A stretch of 32,000 nucleotides of DNA from Wigglesworthia glossinidia endosymbiont of Glossina morsitans morsitans (Yale colony) (GTDB taxonomy: Bacteria; Pseudomonadota; Gammaproteobacteria; Enterobacterales; Enterobacteriaceae), in contig NC_016893.1 in assembly GCF_000247565.1 (NCBI RefSeq), positions 450,001-482,000 of the forward strand, read 5' to 3'. Each line of letters begins with the position of its first letter. Within the stretch, counting starts at the first letter, position 1. The position numbers and the translations under genes are program-made. Of this stretch, positions 1-7,567 are shown piece after piece. The notes under the pieces are model-generated. The model did no database searches, was not told where the DNA came from, and was given only the letters and a program-made list of their open reading frames with translations.

Positions 1-247
1 TTACATAAATTATATTTTACAAAAATTATTTTTTAGATCCGAATTGATTCTGATAGATTTTAAGTTAGAATTTGGTTTGTTTAATGGAATTCTGACATTG
101 GGAGATGAATTTTCTTTGGATAATAGTCGAGTTTGGGAAAAAAAAACATTTAAAAAAATGGATAAAGATATTTTTAGAGATAATCTAAACTACGATATTG
201 TAGAGTGTTATCAAAAAGTAGCAGAAAAAATTGGATGTTTTATTTAA
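1..247 (+). CDS. purC: SAICAR synthase, 3' end only (5' part lies outside the window)
   Basis: Frame 2 is open from base 2 to the stop at 245-247. The translation ...[45 protein letters not shown]... matches the conserved PurC C-terminus (E. coli [33 protein letters not shown]). The TTG at 44 used by the ORF track is internal, not a start. Confidence 0.9.
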   Translation, partial: YINYILQKLFFRSELILIDFKLEFGLFNGILTLGDEFSLDNSRVWEKKTFKKMDKDIFRDNLNYDIVECYQKVAEKIGCFI

Positions 248-289
248 TTTGATAAAATTAAAATTAACTTGTTGTACAAATAAATACGT

Positions 290-1546
290 TTACAATTTTA
301 GCCTTTTAATATTTGCACCTAAATTTTTAAGTTTTTTTTCAATACAGTCATATCCTCGATCGATATGTGAAACACAATCTACTATTGTAACGCCATCTGC
401 AATACACCCCGCAAGAATTAAACTAGCAGAAGATCTTAGATCTTTAGCAATTACTTGCGTGCCAGATAGTCGATTAACTCCATAGCAAAAAATTTTATTA
501 CTTTTAATAATTGCTTGAGCTCCCATTCTTATAAGTTCTGGAACATGCATAAATCTATTTTCAAAAATTGTTTCTGTAATAATACCCAGTCCTTTAGACA
601 CTAAATTTAGCAAAGTAAATTGCGCTTGCATATCTGTTGGAAATCCAGGATACGGTTCTGTTTTTATTTCTACAGCTCGGGGTCTTTTTCCATGCATATC
701 CAATTTAATCCAATTTTTTCCTATATTAATTTTCGCACCTGCTTCATGAAGTTTTTTTAAAACAATATTTAAATTATTAGGATTAGTATCATGACATGTA
801 ATTTTTCCTCGCGATATTGCACCTGCTACTAAGAATGTGCCGGTTTCTATACGATCTGGTAAAATTCGATATACACCACCTTTTAATTTTTTTACGCCTT
901 GTATTATAATAGTTTTCGTGCCTACTCCATTTATTTTAGCACCTAATAAAATTAAAAAATTAGCTGTTTCAATTATTTCTGGCTCTCTAGCAGCATTTTC
1001 AATAATAGTCATGCCAATCGCTAAAGTTGCGGCGCTCATAACTGTAACTGTTGCGCCTACACTGATCTTTTTCATTATAATATGTGCTGAATGTAATCGC
1101 CCTTTAACATTGGCTGTAACATAACCGTCTTTAAAATAAATTTTAGCGCCAAGTTTTTTTAATCCATCAATATGTAAATCTACTGGTCTCGGGCCAATAT
1201 CGCATCCTCCAGGAAGAGAAATTTTGCCTTCCCCAAATCTAGCGAGTAAAGGTCCTAAAATCCAAATTGACGCACGTATGTTTTTAACTAATTGACATGG
1301 TGCATGATATATGTTGATGTTTCTAGCATTGACATAAATAGATTTATTTTCTTCAACTGTAGCCCCTAAGTATTTTAATAAACTTATAGCAATTTCAATA
1401 TCTTTTAACTTAGGAACGTTTTGTATTTCAATTTCTTCTTCCGATAATATTGTTGCAAATAAAATAGGCAGCGAGGAATTTTTAGAACCTGATATTATAA
1501 CGTCTCCACTTAATTTTGTTGCACCCTGTATGTAAAATTGATTCAC
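290..1546 (-). CDS. murA: UDP-N-acetylglucosamine 1-carboxyvinyltransferase
   Basis: 418 aa, collinear with E. coli MurA (419 aa). It has the catalytic Cys loop [25 protein letters not shown] and a C-terminal HIDRGY. The start codon is GTG (1546-1544) and aligns with E. coli Met1. Confidence 0.97.
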   Translation of the reverse strand: MNQFYIQGATKLSGDVIISGSKNSSLPILFATILSEEEIEIQNVPKLKDIEIAISLLKYLGATVEENKSIYVNARNINIYHAPCQLVKNIRASIWILGPLLARFGEGKISLPGGCDIGPRPVDLHIDGLKKLGAKIYFKDGYVTANVKGRLHSAHIIMKKISVGATVTVMSAATLAIGMTIIENAAREPEIIETANFLILLGAKINGVGTKTIIIQGVKKLKGGVYRILPDRIETGTFLVAGAISRGKITCHDTNPNNLNIVLKKLHEAGAKINIGKNWIKLDMHGKRPRAVEIKTEPYPGFPTDMQAQFTLLNLVSKGLGIITETIFENRFMHVPELIRMGAQAIIKSNKIFCYGVNRLSGTQVIAKDLRSSASLILAGCIADGVTIVDCVSHIDRGYDCIEKKLKNLGANIKRLKL

Positions 1547-1586
1547 GTTTTCTTATCTCTATTAATTTAATTAATAAACATAATAA

Positions 1587-1847
1587 TTACTGTTTTTTAA
1601 GATGAGTATTTTTTTTAATTTCCCATTCTTTTAGAGTATATGTGTAAACAGATATGGCATGAATGTCATTGTTTTTAATATATAATTTTAGAGGTTGATA
1701 AACTATTTGTTCTCTTTGAATACGATTTAATTTAATAAATATATCGCTAATTACAAAAATTTTGAAATATTTTCCATTGTTATCTATATGAATATTATTG
1801 CATTTTAGTGCTTTTTTAAGTATATTTTTGATTGTTTTAATTTCCAT
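1587..1847 (-). CDS. ibaG: BolA-family protein IbaG (YrbA)
   Basis: An 86-aa ORF lies 40 nt upstream of murA on the same strand, the E. coli ibaG-murA arrangement. Size matches (84 aa in E. coli) and the BolA-like core is present. ATG start. Confidence 0.8.
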   Translation of the reverse strand: MEIKTIKNILKKALKCNNIHIDNNGKYFKIFVISDIFIKLNRIQREQIVYQPLKLYIKNNDIHAISVYTYTLKEWEIKKNTHLKKQ

Positions 1848-2397
1848 TAAACTTCCTGAATTTTTTAAAAAAAATTATTTTATTAATATTTAACTTACTC
1901 ATTTTATTATAAAATATTTAATGCATATCGAACAATAATTTTTAATATACAAAGTATTAATTTTTCTTAATATTGTGTTATAAATTTGTTACTAACGAAA
2001 AAATTTTATCAAATTTTTCTAATACAATATTCTAATATAGAATCCATTAAGTTACAAAATTGTATAATTCTACATATAGTTTATTTTTAAATGTTTAAAG
2101 AAAATTTTTTTTAATATAAATAAATTTATATGAAATATAACATTTTTAAACATATTAAAAAATAAATGCTTATTTTTTTATTTTCATGCAATAAAGAAAA
2201 ATTTTTAATTTATATTTCAAAATATATTAATTTTATAAAATTTTAAGTATAAATTAAATTTTTAAAAATATATCTTCTTAAATATTTGTATAAATAGTAC
2301 ATTATAATTAAAAACATACATCTTGTAATTAATGTATGCAATAAATATTGATAATATAAATTTTTGTTCATAATTAAATTTTATTGGGATATCGAAA

Positions 2398-3381
2398 ATG
2401 TTTAAAAATATTACAGTTTCAACTTTTGATTTTATTACATCCGGGAAAGAAATATTATCTTTAGAATTAAAAAATTTAAAACACTTACATCAATGTATTA
2501 ATCAAAATTTTCAAAAAGCCGGAGAAATTTTGTTAAATTGTAGTGGAAAAATAGTCACTATGGGTGTAGGAAAATCAGGACATATAGCTAAAAAATTAGC
2601 TGCTACATTTTCTAGTACGGGCAATCCTTCTTTTTTTATACATCCGAACGAAGCAAGTCATGGAGATTTAGGAATGTTATCATCTGGTGATATTATTATT
2701 GCATTTTCTAAATCTGGAGAATCCAACGAAATAATTATTTTAATTTCGTTTATAAAACATTTAAATATTCCCTATATTTGTATTACTGAAAATCCTTTAA
2801 GTACAGTAGCAAAATCAGCAAATGCTGTTATTTGTATTCATAAAACACAAGAAGCTTTCAATTTAGATGCGCCTACCACGAGTACAACAGCCGCATTGAT
2901 TATAGGAGATGCGTTAGCAATTTCATTATCACGTGCAAAAAATTTTAATGTTAAAGATTTTTCTTTTTTTCATCCAGGAGGATTATTAGGAAAAAAATTG
3001 TTAATGCGTGTACATGATATAATGCGTGCTAAAAATAAAATTCCGATTGTAAATTGGACTTGTTCTATTTTTAATGCCATTATAGAAATTGCAAAAAAAA
3101 ATTTTGGTACTGTAGTAGTTTTAAATGATCATAAAAAAATATTAGGCATTTTTACATCAAAAATTCTTGTTAATCTTTCTAAATCAGATTTAGATTTTAA
3201 ACATACTTCTATTAATACTGTTATGACGTCTGAATTTAAAATTATTAATCCGAATATTTTAGTTTCAGAAGCTTTAGAAGAGATGAAATTTAGTAATGTA
3301 AAATTTTTATTAGTAGCAATAAATAATTATCTTTTAGGCATAATACGTATGCGCGATATTTTACACATTGGTATATCATAA
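2398..3381 (+). CDS. kdsD: arabinose-5-phosphate isomerase (KDO pathway)
   Basis: 327 aa versus 328 in E. coli KdsD. The SIS domain GVGKSGHIAKKLAATFSSTGNPSFFIHPNEASHGDLG..SKSGES is followed by two degenerate CBS repeats. The paralog GutQ cannot be formally excluded, but the neighbouring ibaG-murA and lptCAB favour KdsD. Confidence 0.9.
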   Translation: MFKNITVSTFDFITSGKEILSLELKNLKHLHQCINQNFQKAGEILLNCSGKIVTMGVGKSGHIAKKLAATFSSTGNPSFFIHPNEASHGDLGMLSSGDIIIAFSKSGESNEIIILISFIKHLNIPYICITENPLSTVAKSANAVICIHKTQEAFNLDAPTTSTTAALIIGDALAISLSRAKNFNVKDFSFFHPGGLLGKKLLMRVHDIMRAKNKIPIVNWTCSIFNAIIEIAKKNFGTVVVLNDHKKILGIFTSKILVNLSKSDLDFKHTSINTVMTSEFKIINPNILVSEALEEMKFSNVKFLLVAINNYLLGIIRMRDILHIGIS

Positions 3382-3746
3382 TTAAACTAGAACGTCGTAT
3401 TAATTAAATATTTAAAAAATTTTGATGTTATAAAAAAATTGAATATTTTCTGATTCAATTAAATATAAAATTCTTATTAAGAATCTATTTGACTACAATA
3501 ATTATGCTTATTTTTTATTTACACAACTAAAACTTTTATAATTATTTTTTTATATTTTTAGATTTTTAATCTGAATAAATTAAATAATTTGCTTTATATA
3601 ATATTTATTAACAATTTTCTTAATTTAAACAAGCATTATAAAGAAATTTAATAAATATTATATTTTTATCGAAAAAATTAAATAATATTCATTTTATATA
3701 TTAAATTTTTAAATTTTATTTTTACATTAATTTACTTAAAAAGTAT

Positions 3747-4465
3747 TTATACATTGTTGCCTAAGTAAATGTTTTGTACGTATATATTTTCTTTGATTAT
3801 TTTTGGAGAGCCTGAAGCAACTAATTTGCCTTGATTGATAATATATATACGATGACATATTGAAAAAATTTCATTTGTATTATGATCTGTAATTATTATT
3901 CCTAAATTTTTTTTACATAAAATTTTCATAATTTTTTTAATGTTAGAAATTGCAATTGGATCGACTCCGGAAAATGGTTCATCTAATAAAACAAATTTTG
4001 GTTTAATAGCAAGTGTACGTGCTATTTCTAATCTGCGTTTTTCACCTCCAGATAAAACATAACCTAGATTTTTTTGAATGTGACTAATGTTGAACTCTTC
4101 CATAAGATTCCGAGCTACTTTATATTTTTGAAGTTTATTTAAATCAGAACGATTTTGTAAAGCTATCATTAAATTATCTAATACACTTATTCCTAGTAAT
4201 ATTGCTGGTTCTTGGGGTAAGTATCCGATACCTAATCTAACACGCATATATAAAGGAAAATTACTAATGTTTTTATTATTCAGAATGATTTGACCACGAT
4301 CGGCATGTAGTACACCTGCTATTATATAAAAAGTAGTTGTTTTGCCTGCTCCATTAGGACCGGCTAGTCCTACAATTTCGTTAGAATTTACGTGCAGACT
4401 AATATTGGATATTATTTTTTTTTTTTATATGATTTAAATATATTATTAATAGTTAATTTCGACAT
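3747..4465 (-). CDS. lptB: LPS export ABC transporter ATPase LptB, interrupted by a frameshift in an A12 tract (formally a pseudogene unless rescued)
   Basis: The ATG at 4465-4463 encodes MSKLTINNIFKSY, then A12 (T12 on the + strand, 4415-4426), then an in-frame TAA (4414-4412). The -1 frame continues IISNISLHVNSNEIVGLAGPNGAGKTT (Walker A) and runs through LSGGEKRRLEIAR and LLDEPF to the stop at 3747. Total length is 719 nt; one extra A would give 240 codons, against 241 aa in E. coli LptB. Confidence 0.9.
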
Positions 4466-4500
4466 GTTGATTAATATATGATGAAATATCAAAGTGTGTT

Positions 4501-4977
4501 TTATTTAAAAGTTAATATAGTTTGAGTTTGTTTATGATTTTGACTATTTGCTTGAATAATGTTGCTTTTCAAATTAATTGTCATGTTATCACTAAATATA
4601 TTGCCATTAATTTGCTTAAAATTGACACCTCCTGATAAAAATAAAATTTTATCTGTAATATGAAAATATATTTTCGTACAAGAGATTTGCGTAATTATTT
4701 GATTTTTTTCAATTTGTTTTAAAATAATTGGATTTCCATATCCTTCTAAAAAATTTTTTTTGTTTTTTTCTTGTAAAAGAACAATTTTATCCGCTTTAAT
4801 TATAAAATTTCTATATTTTAATTGAACATTTTTAGTAAAAACTATTTTTTTAGATTCAATATAAAATACTTGATTATATGCAAATATTTGCACTTTTTCT
4901 ATCGGTATATCATATGCTAATGATATTTGTTTGAAAAATAAAATATAAAGTAATATTAAAATTTTTTTATTTTTCAT
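4501..4977 (-). CDS. lptA: LPS transport periplasmic protein LptA
   Basis: 158 aa with an N-terminal signal peptide (MKNKKILILLYILFFKQISLA) and an OstA-like repeat pattern. LEGYGNPII matches E. coli IDGYGKPATF. The gene sits between lptC and lptB. Confidence 0.85.
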   Translation of the reverse strand: MKNKKILILLYILFFKQISLAYDIPIEKVQIFAYNQVFYIESKKIVFTKNVQLKYRNFIIKADKIVLLQEKNKKNFLEGYGNPIILKQIEKNQIITQISCTKIYFHITDKILFLSGGVNFKQINGNIFSDNMTINLKSNIIQANSQNHKQTQTILTFK

Positions 4978-5509
4978 GAAAAATAGTAGTATTTTGATTT
5001 AATGTAATAATTTTATTTTTTAAATTTCCTTGCATATTTATTCCAACAGAGCAAAAATATAAGCCATATAAAATAGTTTTTTTCTTAGATATAAAGTCTT
5101 GAGTTCTTAAATTTATTTTAAAATTTTCAGTTAATAAGCGCTTAATATACGTATGATAAAAAAAATTTTTTATTTGTACATTTCCAGATAAATTTAAATA
5201 ATCTTTTGATAAATATGCGCGTATAGATTCTATAATCCACATAGGAATGTGATGATCATCAAAAATTGTTATTATAGGATAAGAAAAAAATATATATTCA
5301 TTTTGAGACAAAAAGTGCATGTTTTGTGCGGAAATACTATATTTTAATCCTCCGTAAATCTGATTTATCGAAAGATTTGAATAATTTAATGGGCTTTTTA
5401 ACTGCATATAATAAAGTGCACATAAGCTGCGTTTAGGAATAGCAATAAATATGATAGGAACAATTAAAAAAAATAAAATTCTTATTTTATGAAATCTAAA
5501 TTGTTTCAT
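4967..5509 (-). CDS. lptC: LPS export system protein LptC
   Basis: 180 aa (191 in E. coli) with a single N-terminal TM helix (ILFFLIVPIIFIAI). It lies directly upstream of lptA with an 11-nt overlap. Sequence conservation is weak, so the call rests mainly on size, topology and synteny. Confidence 0.75.
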   Translation of the reverse strand: MKQFRFHKIRILFFLIVPIIFIAIPKRSLCALYYMQLKSPLNYSNLSINQIYGGLKYSISAQNMHFLSQNEYIFFSYPIITIFDDHHIPMWIIESIRAYLSKDYLNLSGNVQIKNFFYHTYIKRLLTENFKINLRTQDFISKKKTILYGLYFCSVGINMQGNLKNKIITLNQNTTIFHEK

Positions 5510-5732
5510 ATTTGTTTTATGATGCTTATATAAATAACTTTAAAAATTTTGTTAATATTGAAATAAATATAAAAAATTTATTTAATTTAAATGTATGATT
5601 TTGTTTCATATAAAAATTTTATAGAAACTAATATCTTTTTATATAGATATGCATATAATATTTCATTTATATATTCAAAAAAATAATCAATCCCAAAAAA
5701 TAAAGTTTAATATTTATAATTAAGAGGCATAA

Positions 5733-6026
5733 ATGAGCATTAATAGCATTAAAGCAATACAGTTTGTTGATAAAATTAATAACATTGAAAAAAAAAATAA
5801 AAATCAAATATATAAAAATAATATTATTTTAAAAAATAAAAAGCAAAAAAATCAAGATTTAATAAATTTAAGCGTACTCTTTAAGAAAATAAAAAATAAA
5901 GAAAATAATATTGATATCAATAAAATAGAAAAAATACGTATTTCTATTAATCAAGACTCTCTATGTAATGATTTAGATAAAATAGCAAACGCTTTAATTC
6001 AAGAATCTATTTTTTTATCTAAATAA
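5733..6026 (+). CDS. flgM: anti-sigma-28 factor FlgM
   Basis: 97 aa, the same length as enterobacterial FlgM. The N-terminus starts MSI.., and the C-terminal sigma-28-binding region DINKIEKIRISINQDSLCNDLDKIANALIQES aligns with E. coli/Salmonella [34 protein letters not shown]. A good SD (AAGAGG) lies 6 nt upstream of the ATG. Confidence 0.8.
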   Translation: MSINSIKAIQFVDKINNIEKKNKNQIYKNNIILKNKKQKNQDLINLSVLFKKIKNKENNIDINKIEKIRISINQDSLCNDLDKIANALIQESIFLSK

Positions 6027-6099
6027 AAAATATTCTTATAAAGTTTTTAAAAATTTTCAATGTACAACTTTTTTGTTTATTAATAATATTATTAACTTT

Positions 6100-6966
6100 T
6101 TAATCTAGATGCATAGTGAAATCTAAAGATTTTATATTTTTTGTTAATTTACCAACAGCAATATAATCAATGCCTGTAGAGGCAATTTGAACTAAATTTT
6201 GTTTTGTAATATTTCCTGATGCTTCTAAAATTGCTTTATTGCGATTTATTTTTACTGCTTTTTTAATATTTTGATAAGAAAAATTGTCTAGCATAATAAT
6301 GTCTGTTTTAGCATCTAATGCTTCTTGAAGTTCTTCTAAATTCTCTACTTCTACTTCTATAGGGAGATGAGGAAAATTTAATTTTGCAGTATTCACTAGA
6401 TCTTTAATTGATCGAGAATATTTAATGTGATTATCTTTAATTAAGATACTATCAAATAAGCCCATCCGATGATTGCATGCGCCTCCACATAAAACTGCAT
6501 ATTTTAGTGCATATCTTAATCCAGGTACTGTTTTTCTAGTATCTCGTAATTTTACGTTTGTTTTTTCTAAAAGTTTTACATAACTTTTTACTTTAGTAGA
6601 TACTCCAGATAAAGTTTGAAGAAAATTTAACGCTACTCTTTCTCCAATTAAAATAGTTTGCGCTGGTCCATGTATATTACAAATTAATTGATTTTTTTTT
6701 ATTTTATCTCCGTCTGATACGTACCAATGAATTTTTATGTTTTTTTCTATTTGTTGAAATACTTCTTCGAACCATTTTGTACCGCATAGCACTCCTTCGT
6801 CTTGCGTAAATACATTCGCTACAGTATTATGATTATGCATTAATAAAGAACTGGTAATGTCAGAATTCACATCTAATTCTTTCCCAAGATCTTCTATTAA
6901 AGCATTTTTAACGGATAAAAATATATTTTTTTTTATTTTTTTAATAAAACTTTTATTTTTAATCAT
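6100..6966 (-). CDS. nadC: quinolinate phosphoribosyltransferase (NAD biosynthesis)
   Basis: 288 aa, collinear with E. coli NadC. Conserved motifs include GERVALNFLQTLSGV, DTRKTVPGLRYALKYAVLCGG..NHR, EVEVENLEEL and IMLDNF. Confidence 0.95.
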   Translation of the reverse strand: MIKNKSFIKKIKKNIFLSVKNALIEDLGKELDVNSDITSSLLMHNHNTVANVFTQDEGVLCGTKWFEEVFQQIEKNIKIHWYVSDGDKIKKNQLICNIHGPAQTILIGERVALNFLQTLSGVSTKVKSYVKLLEKTNVKLRDTRKTVPGLRYALKYAVLCGGACNHRMGLFDSILIKDNHIKYSRSIKDLVNTAKLNFPHLPIEVEVENLEELQEALDAKTDIIMLDNFSYQNIKKAVKINRNKAILEASGNITKQNLVQIASTGIDYIAVGKLTKNIKSLDFTMHLD

Positions 6967-7567
6967 TACAGTTTAGAATTTTATAGAAAAACGAAATTAT
7001 TCAAAATATATTATTCGAATATAGTTTAAAAATTAGTGTATACGATGCTTCATATAATACTTTTGATATATATATTTTTTAATAAATGTTCAAATATTTA
7101 TATGATATTTAAATTTAATATTAATTTAAAATAGTTTAATATTATAAACTATATTTTGAATATACTCAATAAATTATCCTAAAATATTGTTTGTATAATT
7201 TTTAGTAAATATCACTAAATATAATTACTTGTTAACCTATATCAAATTAAACGACGAAGCATAATTTATACAGATATTAATTCTTATTTGATATTTTTGT
7301 TTTTTTATAAATAGAATTTAGTTTAACAGTATTTAAATAATTAATATTGATAAGTTATATTATTCTTTGTAAATATATTTTTAATTTTTTTTCATAATCA
7401 TTTAGTTAAATTAATTTCTTGTATCACATAGATATCTGCATAAAATATAAATATTAATGTTAATAATTGCTAAAAAATATAAAATATATATATTAATAAT
7501 AACATTCATAATTTGACATTGATATAAATAAGATAAAATTTTCTAAAAATTTTAGGAGCATTCAATT

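Noticed and set aside
3437-3483. AT-only inverted repeats between convergent genes, considered as intrinsic terminators or binding sites. They are AATTGAAT-N8-ATTCAATT (3437-3460), TTCTTATTAAGAA (3471-3483), the 16-nt palindrome TTAATAATATTATTAA followed by CTTTTT after flgM (6080-6095), AAAATTTAAATTTT between lpdA and thyA (13255-13268), and AAATAAA-TGC-TTTATTT after tRNA-Leu (19494-19510).
   Set aside because: All stems consist of A-T pairs only, so their predicted stability is very low. Such palindromes are expected frequently by chance in ~80% A+T DNA. They are plausible but cannot be distinguished from background.
3747-4247. Treating the 166-aa ORF starting at Met 4247 as a complete, shortened lptB.
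   Set aside because: It would lack the Walker A P-loop (GPNGAGKTT), which is encoded upstream at about 4340-4366 in the same frame but without a start codon. An ABC ATPase without Walker A is non-functional. The correct description is a frameshifted full-length gene spanning 3747-4465.
5701-5708. TAAAGTTT, a perfect match to the sigma-28 -35 consensus, lies 25 nt upstream of the flgM ATG.
   Set aside because: No GCCGATAA-like -10 (no CGA core) follows at the required ~11-nt spacing. The implied -10 would overlap the SD and start codon. At this base composition an 8-mer like this is expected about ten times per 32 kb on two strands by chance.
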